Assembly: GCA_965223335.1 (NCBI GenBank)
Contig: OZ244991.1
Location: forward strand, 1,504,001-1,568,000
Length of the DNA: 64,000 nt
Direction of reading: 5' to 3'
DNA from: Thermodesulfobacteriota bacterium
GTDB lineage: Bacteria > Desulfobacterota_D > UBA1144 > Nemesobacterales > UBA2774
Position numbers and translations under genes: made by a program. The notes below the pieces were generated by a model. The model was given only the letters and a program-made list of their open reading frames with translations, made no database searches and was not told the DNA's origin. Below are positions 9,948 through 20,167 of the stretch, one piece after another. How positions within the stretch are numbered: position 1 is the stretch's first letter; each line of letters opens with the position of its first letter.

Positions 9948-11279
9948 TTAGGCCCCTACCAATACGAGTCTTATGTCCATTACGTTGGTATTGGTGGGCC
10001 CTGTGATAATAAGGTCGTCGAGCGGTTTAAAGAAGTTATACGAATCGTTGTGGTGTAGCACCTGTGCGGGGTCCAATCCGATTTTTGCGGCCCTGCTTAT
10101 CGTGCCGCCGTCTGCTACGGCACCGGCTGCATCGGTAGGGCCGTCGTTGCCGTCGGTACCGCCGCTTAACACGACTACATTTTCTAACCCGGTTATGTCG
10201 ATGGCGGCTGCGAGTACAAACTCCTGGTTCCTTCCCCCCTTGCCCTCTCCCTCAATTGTAACGGTGGTCTCCCCGCCCGATATCACACACGCGGGTTTAG
10301 CGACCGGGTTTCCCGATGCCTTTATCTCTTTTGCAATTGCAGTGTGTACCTTGGCCACCTCTTCCGTTTCACCGTGGATGTATGTGGATAATAGGATGGC
10401 GTTGTATCCAAGCTCCCGGGCTTTATCTTTTGCTGCCAGAGCTGCGATAATATTGCTTCCGACCACGTGGTTATGGGTCTTGGCAAATGCAGGGTGGTCC
10501 TCTTTAGGAGTAGGTTGTCTTTTACCCTTGCACCCCTCTTCTATGTATTCATAGACATCGATTGGGATCTTGGTCTTGAGCTCATATTTGTCAATTATAT
10601 CCCTGCAGTCCTCAAAGCTGTGGGTGTCGGGTACGGTGGGCCCCGAGGCTATGACATCCAGATCGTCTCCTATGACATCAGAGAGGATAAGGGACACAAG
10701 CGTGGCAGGGTATGCTATTGTTACGAGCCTGCCCCCTTTGACCATAGAGATCTGCTTTCGTATCGCATTTAACTCGTGGATGGTTGCACCGCACTGGAGC
10801 AATGAGTCGGTGACCGATTGTTTGTCTCCGAGTGTAAGCCCCTCGGCCGGCAGAGGCAGCAGAGCGGAACCACCGCCTGATATTACGCAGAGCACTAGGT
10901 CTTTTTCCCCGGCGGATTTAGCGAGCTCTATGATTTCCTTTGAAGCGGCAAGCCCTGCTTCGTCAGGCAGGGGATGGCCGGCCTCGTTTATCTTTATTTT
11001 TTCAAGCTCCCGAGTGTGGCCGTATTTCACACTCACTATCCCCCCTGTCAATCTCTTGCCCAGTAGGGATTCCAAGGCTTTTGCCATGGACGCTGCGGCC
11101 TTGCCCATCCCGATTACATATATATTCTCGTATGCACCCAGGTCATAGGTGCTGTCACCTACGTGGAGTGTGTTGTTGCTCAAACGCACATGATCATAGA
11201 CTGCCTGCTCGGGGTCAACCGCTCTTAGGGCTGCGTTGAATATTGCCAGGGCGTCGCGTCTAAGCTTTTCCTCAGTCAT
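9948..11279 (-). CDS. glycerate 2-kinase (MOFRL family)
   Basis: GMGKAA, AGHPLPD, ISGGGSAL, IASGPT, GGETTV, GGRNQE, GTDGNDG, TNTNVMD. Confidence 0.9.
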   Translation of the reverse strand: MTEEKLRRDALAIFNAALRAVDPEQAVYDHVRLSNNTLHVGDSTYDLGAYENIYVIGMGKAAASMAKALESLLGKRLTGGIVSVKYGHTRELEKIKINEAGHPLPDEAGLAASKEIIELAKSAGEKDLVLCVISGGGSALLPLPAEGLTLGDKQSVTDSLLQCGATIHELNAIRKQISMVKGGRLVTIAYPATLVSLILSDVIGDDLDVIASGPTVPDTHSFEDCRDIIDKYELKTKIPIDVYEYIEEGCKGKRQPTPKEDHPAFAKTHNHVVGSNIIAALAAKDKARELGYNAILLSTYIHGETEEVAKVHTAIAKEIKASGNPVAKPACVISGGETTVTIEGEGKGGRNQEFVLAAAIDITGLENVVVLSGGTDGNDGPTDAAGAVADGGTISRAAKIGLDPAQVLHHNDSYNFFKPLDDLIITGPTNTNVMDIRLVLVGA

Positions 11280-11287
11280 GAGGGCAA

Positions 11288-11316
11288 ATTATAACGAGGG
11301 TTTGCAGTTCTCACAA
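11288..11316 (-). promoter_or_regulatory. sigma70-like promoter TTGTGA-17-TATAAT, 8 nt before the glycerate kinase ATG
   Basis: Minus strand reads TTGTGA gaactgcaaaccctcgt TATAAT ttgccctc ATG. Confidence 0.6.
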
Positions 11317-11474
11317 GCCGTGGGTTTTAGAGTCGATATGTGGTTATGAGCCTTGTAAATAGGCTTATTTTGAAAGTGATTTGTGTTGGATAAATAGAGA
11401 CATCAAAAAGTTGTTGAAACCGAAACGATATATTGTAGTCTTGTCGTAAAGTATGGTTTTGGGGGAGCAAAAAG

Positions 11475-11627
11475 GTGCATAGAATATTACTTATCATACT
11501 GCTCGTGGCGTCTATGTTAAGCGGGTCGTGCGCAGCGTTTGTTGCCGGTGCGGCAGCGGGTGGAGCCGGAGCATATATAATGAGGGACAAGGGCTATAAA
11601 ATCCAGTCCCCGGTATCTAAGAATTAA
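11475..11627 (+). CDS. 50-aa small probable lipoprotein with Gly/Ala-zipper segment
   Basis: GGGGAG SD then GTG: MHRILLIILLVASMLSGSCAAFVAGAAAGGAGAYIMRDKGYKIQSPVSKN*; below the ORF-track cutoff. Confidence 0.65.
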   Translation: MHRILLIILLVASMLSGSCAAFVAGAAAGGAGAYIMRDKGYKIQSPVSKN

Positions 11628-11689
11628 CACCCTTACATACACGCTTCGGGTGCTTGACAATTGTTTCAATCCACATAACATTATCTGCC

Positions 11690-12046
11690 GTGTTAGCCGG
11701 CTACGTTCCCATACTGCTTATATTAATAATAGCGATTGCATTGGTCGCAGTCCTCTTGGGTCTTTCACATCTCGTGGGTCCCAAAAAAAGGACCGAGCGT
11801 AAGTTCATGCCCTACGAGTCGGGCATACCTCCCACTGGGGACACCAGGGGCAAATTTTCTATCAAATACTATCTAATCGGCGCATTATTTATCTTATTCG
11901 ATGTAGAGGCAGTGTTCCTATTTGCTTGGGCCGTGGTGTTCAAGGACCTGGGAGTGCTGGCGTTTATAGAAATAATAGTATTTTTCATAGTGATTTTGGG
12001 CGGGTATTTCTATGTGGTTAAAAAGGGGGCGCTGGAATGGGAATAA
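11690..12046 (+). CDS. nuoA: NADH-quinone oxidoreductase subunit A (likely GTG start at 11690)
   Basis: [27 protein letters not shown]; upstream TTG of the ORF track is part of a TTGACA -35 box. Confidence 0.92.
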   Translation: MLAGYVPILLILIIAIALVAVLLGLSHLVGPKKRTERKFMPYESGIPPTGDTRGKFSIKYYLIGALFILFDVEAVFLFAWAVVFKDLGVLAFIEIIVFFIVILGGYFYVVKKGALEWE

Positions 12047-12522
12047 ATCAAAATCCTATGATGGGCGGGGACGGATTCATAACCACGACACTCGAGGCGT
12101 TTGCCAACTGGGGCAGGAAAAACAGCCTGTGGCCGATGCCCTTCGGCACGGCGTGTTGCGCAATAGAGATGATGGGTGTGTTTGCGTCTAGGTTCGATGT
12201 CTCTAGGTTTGGGGCCGAGGTAGTAAGGTTCTCTCCCCGTCAGGCCGACCTTATGATAGTGTCGGGCACTATTACTTACAAAATGGCGAGTGTCTGCAGG
12301 CGTATCTACGATCAGATGCCCGAGCCCAAGTGGGTGATTGCAATGGGCTCATGCACATGCGGCGGCGGGCCGTTTGACAGCTATGCCGTGGTGCAGGGTA
12401 TAGACGAATTCCTGCCCGTAGACGTGTATGTAGGTGGCTGTCCCCCCAGGCCCGAGGCACTCATAGACGCTGTGATGAAGATACAAAAGAAGATCGATAT
12501 CGAAGGGGCGCCGCTTTTATGA
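12037..12522 (+). CDS. nuoB: NADH-quinone oxidoreductase subunit B
   Basis: [33 protein letters not shown]. Confidence 0.95.
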   Translation: MGINQNPMMGGDGFITTTLEAFANWGRKNSLWPMPFGTACCAIEMMGVFASRFDVSRFGAEVVRFSPRQADLMIVSGTITYKMASVCRRIYDQMPEPKWVIAMGSCTCGGGPFDSYAVVQGIDEFLPVDVYVGGCPPRPEALIDAVMKIQKKIDIEGAPLL

Positions 12523-13040
12523 GTGAGGAAAGTCTCTTAGTTATAGAAAGGCTCACGGCTAAGTTCCCCGATACAATTTTGGATTCATCCGAGTTCCGGG
12601 GTGAACATACCTTAATCATAAAACACGATAGTATTAGAGCGATATGCTCTTATATGAAACAGGAGCTGGGTTTTACATTCCTGGCCGATCTAACCGCAGT
12701 GGATTATCTGGAGGTTAAGAGTCCCAGGTACGAGGTGGTGTACCACGTCCACAGGTTTGGTGAGGACTACGAAGATAACACACGTCTGAGACTAAAGGTA
12801 CCGCTCGAAGAGAGCAGTGCGGTTATAGATTCTGTAACACCTCTATGGATTGGGGCGGATTGGCTCGAGCGGGAGGTGTACGATATGTTCGGGATAGAGT
12901 TTACAGACCATCCCGACCTAAGAAGAATACTCATGCCCGAAGACTATGAACCCTATCCGCTTCGCAAAGATTTTGATGTAAGGGACCGAGAGGCTTCCAA
13001 AGAATCTTTCACTAAGGCACTCAAAGAGGGCATCGAATAG
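12519..13040 (+). CDS. nuoC: NADH-quinone oxidoreductase subunit C
   Basis: [35 protein letters not shown]. Confidence 0.93.
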   Translation: MSEESLLVIERLTAKFPDTILDSSEFRGEHTLIIKHDSIRAICSYMKQELGFTFLADLTAVDYLEVKSPRYEVVYHVHRFGEDYEDNTRLRLKVPLEESSAVIDSVTPLWIGADWLEREVYDMFGIEFTDHPDLRRILMPEDYEPYPLRKDFDVRDREASKESFTKALKEGIE

Positions 13041-14263
13041 TGGAAAGAATTGAGTTCATAGAAGAAGATATTATCCGCGAAGACGGGCTTACGACCGAGA
13101 CCATGCTCCTTAACCTTGGGCCCCAGCACCCGTCCACACACGGGGTGCTTAGGGTTGTGCTCCATCTGGATGGTGAGCTTGTGGTTAAAGCTATTCCCTA
13201 TGTGGGCTACCTGCACCGTGGAATCGAAAAACTCTGTGAACATATTACCTATCAGCAGTGCATCCCCTACACAGACAGGATGGACTACCTGGCGTCCATA
13301 TGCAACAACATAGGCTACATACTAGCTGTTGAGAAACTCCTTGGAATCGAAGACGAGATACCCGAGAGGGCTAAGGTAGCCGAGGTCATAATGTTTGAGC
13401 TCGGCCGCATAGAGTCGCACCTGGTCGGTATCGGTACTAATGCGATGGACCTGGGAGCGATGAGCGCATTCCTCTACTGTTTTAAAGAGCGCGAGAGGAT
13501 CTACGATATATTGGAAACCGTATGCGGGGCCAGGCTTACAACTTCATATCCGAGGGTCGGGGGACTGCCGCTTGACCTGCCCGAAAACTTCAGCGAGGTG
13601 ATACGGAATTTTATATCAGTATTCCCGTCCACTTTAAAAGAGGTGGACAGCCTGCTTAGCCGAAACCGCATATGGATAGAGAGGACAAAAGGGGTTGCCG
13701 TAATAAGTGCCGAGGATGCCGTTGACTATGGGTTGACTGGGCCGGCACTCCGAGGCTCGGGTGTCCCATACGATGTAAGAAAAGCAATGCCCTATCTGGA
13801 CTACGAGAACTACGACTTCGAGGTTCCTGTGGCGAATGAGGGGGATGCATATGCCCGCTATATGTGCAGACTCGAGGAGATGAACCAGAGCCTAAAGATC
13901 ATCGAGCAGGGCATCGATAACCTGCCGGACGGGCCGTATGCAGCCGATCTTCCCGATGTGGTGCTGCCCAAAAAAGAGCTCACATACACACGGATGGAAT
14001 CGCTTATACGTCATTTTGTATTGGTATATGAAGGGTTTAAACCCCCTGCGGGTGAAGTACAGCATGTTGTAGAGAACCCAAAGGGCGAGCTCGGCTACTA
14101 TCTGGTCAGCGACGGTACGGGAAAGCCATACAGGTTTAGGGTGCGCGGGCCGTCTTTTGTCAATATGCAGGCGCTTCCGCTTATGGCCGAAGGCAGGCTG
14201 CTTGCCGATGTTGTAGCTGCAATCGGGAGCTTGGATATTGTTCTCGGTGAAATTGACCGCTAG
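13040..14263 (+). CDS. nuoD: NADH-quinone oxidoreductase subunit D
   Basis: NLGPQHPSTHGVLR, GYLHRGIEK, ENPKGE, DIVLGEIDR. Confidence 0.96.
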   Translation: MERIEFIEEDIIREDGLTTETMLLNLGPQHPSTHGVLRVVLHLDGELVVKAIPYVGYLHRGIEKLCEHITYQQCIPYTDRMDYLASICNNIGYILAVEKLLGIEDEIPERAKVAEVIMFELGRIESHLVGIGTNAMDLGAMSAFLYCFKERERIYDILETVCGARLTTSYPRVGGLPLDLPENFSEVIRNFISVFPSTLKEVDSLLSRNRIWIERTKGVAVISAEDAVDYGLTGPALRGSGVPYDVRKAMPYLDYENYDFEVPVANEGDAYARYMCRLEEMNQSLKIIEQGIDNLPDGPYAADLPDVVLPKKELTYTRMESLIRHFVLVYEGFKPPAGEVQHVVENPKGELGYYLVSDGTGKPYRFRVRGPSFVNMQALPLMAEGRLLADVVAAIGSLDIVLGEIDR

Positions 14264-14276
14264 GTAGTTTTACTTA

Positions 14277-14879
14277 CTAAGATTCCTGCTTAATCACATT
14301 ATAGTCCGGATAGATATAGTAAAGGCCCAAAAGCATGCTCTCGCGCAGCATATACCTGAACTTTCTACCCGAGTCCTGAGTGCTTACAGGTGCGCAGTGT
14401 ACATTCTCTATTCCCACATCGTGGGCCATCTTTTTTAACCGCATCATATGAAACCCATGACTTACAAAGAGGTTATTCTCAAAGTTATTACTCTTAAGTA
14501 TGGGACGGATGGCATTTAGACTGCCGTATGTGGTAGTCCCTTCCTCCTCAATCATAATGCTCTTTTCGGGGATGCCGTTTTTGATCAAGTAGTCTCTACC
14601 CACGCTTGACTCCGACACCGTTTCGCCCTTTGCCACCCCGCCAGTCACTAAAATTTTAGGTGCATATCCACCGCGATAGAGCTCGGCGGCTCGGTCGAGC
14701 CTGGCCTTAAATGCGGGTGAGGGCCTGCCGTTCCATTGGCTTGCACCAAGCACCACAATTACGTCTGCGGGCTTGATCTCGTCTGTGGTAGAGTCCAGGT
14801 AGATCCCGAGTATCAGTACTCCCCAGACCAACAAAAACACACCGATAATGGCAAACAGTGTTTTGATATATTTGTTCAT
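14277..14879 (-). CDS. YdcF/DUF218 family membrane-anchored protein
   Basis: ADVIVVLG, ARLDRA, VTGG, SES, HGFHMMR; N-terminal TM. Confidence 0.8.
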   Translation of the reverse strand: MNKYIKTLFAIIGVFLLVWGVLILGIYLDSTTDEIKPADVIVVLGASQWNGRPSPAFKARLDRAAELYRGGYAPKILVTGGVAKGETVSESSVGRDYLIKNGIPEKSIMIEEEGTTTYGSLNAIRPILKSNNFENNLFVSHGFHMMRLKKMAHDVGIENVHCAPVSTQDSGRKFRYMLRESMLLGLYYIYPDYNVIKQES

Positions 14880-15004
14880 TGTGTTTGGGATTTATTCGGA
14901 CATTGTTCGCACCGTTACCGAGAGTAACTATGCATAATCTTGCGGCCTTTGTAGAAGCATTGATGCTATATGTAGATGCACTATGCAGTGTCCACCCCGG
15001 TGTG

Positions 15005-15334
15005 TCAAGGGGAAGAACATTTACTAGCCAAGGGTTTCATGTTGCCGTCATGTACGAATACGCAGAAGTTCTGGTCGTATTTAGTCCTGGATAGCATGAT
15101 GACTTCCATTGCTACCTGTTTTGCGCTTTTTTCGGTTGCCCCTTCGGCGTAAACCCATAGGTCCATTGGCGACTGCCACGTTGCGTCAATCACAGTCGGG
15201 AACTCGGCTTTTACATGAGCAGCAAAGTTCGTCTGGTTCTCTGTTAATGTAAAACCCGATTCCTGGGCATTTGCTCCGAAACCCAGTGCGGTGACAATAA
15301 TAAGTGGTAATATGAAAAATTTTAATCTAGCCAT
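15005..15334 (-). CDS. hypothetical secreted protein (109 aa, two Cys)
   Basis: Sec signal ending ANA-QE; co-oriented downstream of lolA. Confidence 0.6.
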   Translation of the reverse strand: MARLKFFILPLIIVTALGFGANAQESGFTLTENQTNFAAHVKAEFPTVIDATWQSPMDLWVYAEGATEKSAKQVAMEVIMLSRTKYDQNFCVFVHDGNMKPLASKCSSP

Positions 15335-15362
15335 GATGTTTGCCCATCCAAGAAGAGCTTTT

Positions 15363-16040
15363 TTACTGCTGTGCCTGTTTGGGTGCTTTTATAACTTCAA
15401 CACCGTCTTTGGCTTTATACGTGAACAGCGGGTCTGATATCCCTTTGTTAATTTTCACGTCCTCTAGAGTTACTTTGGTCAGGTTGCCGTAGGGGTCGTA
15501 GAGGAAAATCGATTGGACCATCTTATCTTTTTTGTCCACCGATAGAGTGACCTTGTTGTATTCCTCTTCTTCGCTCTTGGGTTTGAGATCAATTAGGTAG
15601 TTGCCGTTTGTGTCCAGATCGCTGGGTTCTGCAAAGCTTGCGTCAAACAGCTCGCCTAGGTTGCCTAGCCCGCTTAACAGAGTGGTTGTAGACTGAGTGT
15701 CCTTTACCTCTGCAATCTCCGATTCTATTACCTGTTTGTCTTCATCGTTATAGAACCATAGCACTTTGCCGTCGGACACTATCTCGTCCTTATAAGGGCT
15801 ATAGTAGTTCCACCTCATTTTCCCCGGTTTTTTGAACCACACCTCGCCCTTGGCTGTCTGGGTTTTATCTAGGGCCCTTACAGTCTGTTCCTGTATAAAA
15901 TTGGCGTGAAAGTCATCGATCTTTTCATAGTTATTCTGTATGCTCTGGACGACCGATTTGATATCGTCCGCCGAGTAGGCGTTTGCCGTAAACACTGTTA
16001 CAACAAATGCGATCACAATTAATGAGATTAGTTTTTTCAA
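15363..16040 (-). CDS. lolA: outer-membrane lipoprotein chaperone LolA
   Basis: Signal peptide, ANFIQ, KKPGKMRWNY, VSDGK; directly downstream of ftsK. Confidence 0.88.
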   Translation of the reverse strand: MKKLISLIVIAFVVTVFTANAYSADDIKSVVQSIQNNYEKIDDFHANFIQEQTVRALDKTQTAKGEVWFKKPGKMRWNYYSPYKDEIVSDGKVLWFYNDEDKQVIESEIAEVKDTQSTTTLLSGLGNLGELFDASFAEPSDLDTNGNYLIDLKPKSEEEEYNKVTLSVDKKDKMVQSIFLYDPYGNLTKVTLEDVKINKGISDPLFTYKAKDGVEVIKAPKQAQQ

Positions 16041-18340
16041 TTTGCTTCCCTCTCTTCGATTTGATTTAAATCTATAAAAACCTCGCGCGGTTTGCCGGCG
16101 ACTTCCTGCGGCCCGACCACTCCTTCGCGTTCCATTATTTCCACTATCCTCGCAGCTCTATTATAACCTATTTTGAGGCGTCTCTGGAGCATTGATATCG
16201 AGGCCTGGCGCGTCTCAGCTATAGTTCTAAGCGCATCGTAGTAAAGCTCGTCCTTCTCGTCATCCAACTCCGCCGAGCTCTCAGTATCTTCAACCAGGGT
16301 GATCTCCTCATTATATATGGGCGGGCCCTGTTCCTTTAGATGCTTAGTAATTGCTTCACGCTCCTCGTCCGATATAAGCGCTCCCTGCACCCTAAGCAGT
16401 ATAGAGGTCCCGGGCTTTAGAAACAGCATGTCTCCCTTACCCAACAGACGCTCAGCTCCCCCGGCATCTAGGATAATACGCGAATCGACCTTGGACGATA
16501 CAAGGAATGAAATACGAGCGGGGAAGTTGGCCTTGATAAGCCCTGCGACTATGTCTGCAGACGGGCGCTGGGTTGCAACGATAAGGTGTATGCCTGCCGC
16601 ACGTGCTTTCTGTGCAAGCCTCGTAATCGACTCCTTAATCTCGCTAGGCGATATCATCATAAGGTCCGCGAGTTCATCAAGGACAATGACAATATAAGGC
16701 AGAAGCTTGTCCAGTTTGTCCTCGTCGTCCATTTTTTCCACATTCCGGTTGTGTGTTTCAATATCGCGTACACCCTCTTCCGAGAGTATTCTGTACCTGT
16801 TCTCCATCTCTTCCACTGCCCACCTGAGCGCGGCCGCGGCTTTTTTCGGGTCGGTCACCACGGGGTGCAGTAGATGGGGGATGTCTTCATAAACCGAGAG
16901 CTCTAGCATCTTGGGGTCTATCATAATGAATTTGAGCTCATAGGGGCTAGCTTTGTAGAGCATGCTCGTAATTACAGCGTTTAGGAGCACACTCTTACCC
17001 GAACCCGTAGTGCCGGCGATCATTAGGTGCGGTGCTTTTCTTAAGTCCATATAAAACGGCATGCCCGAAATATCTTTACCCAGTGCCAGGGTCAGCAGTG
17101 ATTTGCTGTTTGAGAACTCGGCGTTCTCTAGCATCTCGCGCAGTACCACTACCTCACGCTTAGCATTCGGCACCTCTATGCCTATTACGTCTTTGCCGGG
17201 AATAGGTGCAATAATTCTTATGCTAAACGCGCTAAGCCCCATTGCCAGGTCGCTCTCAAGCGAAGCGATCTTGTTGATTTTAATCCCGGGGGCCGGTTTA
17301 TACTCGAACATCGTAATCACGGGCCCGGGCCTTATCTCTGTGACCTTGCCCAATACACCGAAGTCCTCGAGTTTCGCCTCGATCAATTGTGCTTTTTTGT
17401 ATACAGCCTCTTTGTCTACTTCTAGCTCACCCTCTTGTTTCGGGTCCAGAAGGTCTACCGGAGGCAGTTTGAAATTCTTCCTTTCGCTTTCCTTGATCAG
17501 CTTTAGTTGCTCGGGCTTCTCATTCTTGTGCTCTTCTATTACAATTTGAGGTAATCCATTTGCATTCTCTTGCTGTGTGGGGTTTGTGGTGGTCTCTGCA
17601 GACGGTTTCAACACAGTAGGTGTTTGTGAAGAGCCGTTTAAATGAGTTTCCTGCGCAGGGTCGTCAAACACAATCTCTCTTTCAATGTCGGGTTTTCTCT
17701 CCGTGCGTTTTTGGGTTACCAACGTACCCAGGTAATCGGCACTCTGTTTACCCAAATGCACCATGTATCTTGAACCCGCGACTATTGAATTGCCTATCAT
17801 TTTGTACATCTTCCCTGTGCTGTCAATAATATCCGATATCTTTATGTTCGTTATTATGATTAAACTTATGAGCAGTAATATGGTTGCAATCAGGTACGAC
17901 CCCACAGTCCCAGCTACATCGTTTTTTAGGAAGTCGGCTATCTTCATACCGGCCAACCCGCCTGCGGGTGCGTAGCCCAGGAAATCGCCCTCGGCAAACA
18001 CTAGGCCCAGCAGTGTCATGGTCGATATAAGGAATATAAATGCCGATATCGCCTTTCTATAAAGCCCGCTGCCCTCTTTGTTAAAGAAGATCACAATCGC
18101 ACTATAAAACATTACTACCGGTATTATTATGGACGATATGCCGAATGCCTTACCGAGCATCGTGGATATAAAGAGCCCTATCGAGCCCATTGCTCCCTTT
18201 ACGTCAAAACCGGTCTTGGAGCTGTAGAATATGATGCTAAGCGCTGAAAATATGCCGATAGTGAAGAGCAGGGCGGCTATAATTTCCCTACTTAGATAAT
18301 CTTTTGTCTCTTTGTTACTGCGAGTTTTGGTCTTAGCCAT
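16037..18340 (-). CDS. ftsK: DNA translocase FtsK
   Basis: N-terminal TM region, AGTTGSGKS, IDPKMLEL, DELADLM, ATQRPS, gamma domain LQRRLKIGYNRAAR. Confidence 0.96.
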   Translation of the reverse strand: MAKTKTRSNKETKDYLSREIIAALLFTIGIFSALSIIFYSSKTGFDVKGAMGSIGLFISTMLGKAFGISSIIIPVVMFYSAIVIFFNKEGSGLYRKAISAFIFLISTMTLLGLVFAEGDFLGYAPAGGLAGMKIADFLKNDVAGTVGSYLIATILLLISLIIITNIKISDIIDSTGKMYKMIGNSIVAGSRYMVHLGKQSADYLGTLVTQKRTERKPDIEREIVFDDPAQETHLNGSSQTPTVLKPSAETTTNPTQQENANGLPQIVIEEHKNEKPEQLKLIKESERKNFKLPPVDLLDPKQEGELEVDKEAVYKKAQLIEAKLEDFGVLGKVTEIRPGPVITMFEYKPAPGIKINKIASLESDLAMGLSAFSIRIIAPIPGKDVIGIEVPNAKREVVVLREMLENAEFSNSKSLLTLALGKDISGMPFYMDLRKAPHLMIAGTTGSGKSVLLNAVITSMLYKASPYELKFIMIDPKMLELSVYEDIPHLLHPVVTDPKKAAAALRWAVEEMENRYRILSEEGVRDIETHNRNVEKMDDEDKLDKLLPYIVIVLDELADLMMISPSEIKESITRLAQKARAAGIHLIVATQRPSADIVAGLIKANFPARISFLVSSKVDSRIILDAGGAERLLGKGDMLFLKPGTSILLRVQGALISDEEREAITKHLKEQGPPIYNEEITLVEDTESSAELDDEKDELYYDALRTIAETRQASISMLQRRLKIGYNRAARIVEIMEREGVVGPQEVAGKPREVFIDLNQIEEREAN

Positions 18341-18480
18341 AGATATTTAAAGCTAATTATACAATATATGGGATAAGTATGCAAAATTGTTAAATTATGA
18401 ATTATGCAATATGTAGGAGCAATCGGGAATTCAGTAGAGAAATGAGATACAAATGCAACATAAAAAAATAGTTTCGAGTG

Positions 18481-19944
18481 CTATCCGCCACCGGTGGCCA
18501 TTAGCACCGAGCCCGCAGCCTTTATTGCCAGACTCCACGAGTCTAGAGGGAATATGCCGAGCAGTAGAACCCCTACCGATAGGATTACAAGGGCTGTTGC
18601 CGATGCAAATTTGAACGACGGAAACCCAAAAGCCCCCTCTTTCATAAAGGCATAAACAAGCACTTTTAGGTAATAATAAGCGGATATTACGCTTGTAATA
18701 ATACCGATGACGGCAAGCCAGTAGAACTCGGCCTGCACCGCGGAGAGGAACACCCTGTACTTTGCAAAGAAGCCGATCATGGGCGGGATGCCCGCCAGCG
18801 AAAACATAAATATTCCAAGCGCCAATGCAAGCATGGGTCTACGGCCCCAAAGCCCTGCAATGTCGTCGAATGTTTCACAGTCCCTGTCCTCACGGCTTAG
18901 ATATGCAAGTACTCCAAATGCACCCAGGTTCATGAAGGTGTAGGCAAATAGGTAATAGATGACGCTTCCTATTGCAATCTCCTGCCCCCCGTAAGCGGCT
19001 ACCACACCTACCATTGCGTAACCTGCGTGGGCTATGCTCGAGTATGCAAGCATTCTCTTTATGCTGTTTTGTGCTAGCGCCGCGATATTGCCAATAATCA
19101 TGGTGAATACAGCAACCACCCAGAGCACTGGCATTATATCGACCTGGATTGCAGCAAAACCCTCGAAAATTACACGTAGCAGAATTGCAAAGGCTGCTGC
19201 TTTAACACCTACAGACATAAATGCCGTCACGGTCATGGGTGCGCCTTCGTATATATCGGGCACCCACTGGTGGAGTGGAAAGGCACCGATCTTGAAGACA
19301 AACCCAATCAAAACGAGTGCCGCACCTGCAACGAATATAGGGTTAGCAGGGTCCATGTTGCTAAATATCTGTTGCAGGTAAATGCTTCCGGTTGCCCCGT
19401 AGATTAATGCTATTCCATATAGGAGTATTGCAGAGGAAAACCCGCCAAGAATCAGGTACTTAATAGCAGCCTCGGTAGAGCGTACCGATTTCCTATCAAA
19501 GCCCGAGAGTACATAGACCGCGATGGACATTATCTCGAACCCGAGAAATAGGGACATAAACTCCCTGGCCGATGCCAGGATCATCATTCCCGAAGTAGAG
19601 AATATTATGAGTGCATAGTACTCGTTTACGTAATCGCCCAGCTTCTGGATGTAGTCTTTCGAGAGCACGACTGCGAGGAAAGCTCCTATTATAAATATGA
19701 GGTTGAAATAAGCTGCAAACTGGTCAAGTGACAGTGCTCCTGAAAAAGCTGTGGTATCTACGCCGAACCGTTTTAAGTTGAGTACGAACCCGACGGTGAG
19801 TCCTACGAGTGCCAATATATATAGGTGTTTTTTGCCCGAGTTGTTTAGAATCGGATCGATTACAATCAGTAAGAGTCCTGTAATGATAAGTGCGAGTTCG
19901 GGTGCAATTAGGTAGGTACTTTTAAGTAACTCTGATAGTTCCAA
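18481..19944 (-). CDS. nuoN: NADH-quinone oxidoreductase subunit N (stand-alone)
   Basis: EAAIKYLILG, FKIGAFPLHQWVPDIYEGAP, KRMLAYSSIAH, SLAGIPP; own TTGACA-17-CATACT promoter near 20001-20029. Confidence 0.93.
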   Translation of the reverse strand: MELSELLKSTYLIAPELALIITGLLLIVIDPILNNSGKKHLYILALVGLTVGFVLNLKRFGVDTTAFSGALSLDQFAAYFNLIFIIGAFLAVVLSKDYIQKLGDYVNEYYALIIFSTSGMMILASAREFMSLFLGFEIMSIAVYVLSGFDRKSVRSTEAAIKYLILGGFSSAILLYGIALIYGATGSIYLQQIFSNMDPANPIFVAGAALVLIGFVFKIGAFPLHQWVPDIYEGAPMTVTAFMSVGVKAAAFAILLRVIFEGFAAIQVDIMPVLWVVAVFTMIIGNIAALAQNSIKRMLAYSSIAHAGYAMVGVVAAYGGQEIAIGSVIYYLFAYTFMNLGAFGVLAYLSREDRDCETFDDIAGLWGRRPMLALALGIFMFSLAGIPPMIGFFAKYRVFLSAVQAEFYWLAVIGIITSVISAYYYLKVLVYAFMKEGAFGFPSFKFASATALVILSVGVLLLGIFPLDSWSLAIKAAGSVLMATGGG

Positions 19945-20167
19945 TTCATTAACTCCGGGACTATAAATAACAATGTGTTAGGGGTGATTTTGAGTAGTGT
20001 AGTATGTGGGAGCAGGGGGGTGTTGTCAAGTTGAGGGAATGCATTTTGATGCCAGTTGAATGTGGCATATAATTAATTAAATAAGCAGAATGCATACTTG
20101 TTCTATAGTCGTGATATGTGAGGTGTTTTTAGCTACAGATTTTTAGAAACCTTGAGGTGTATACAAA

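Noticed and set aside
9973..11590. Long antisense ORFs (9973-10554, 10570-11148, 11327-11590) and similar ones opposite sucD, parB and ftsK
   Set aside because: Antisense mirrors of well-supported genes with Ser/Pro/Ile-rich non-protein-like composition.
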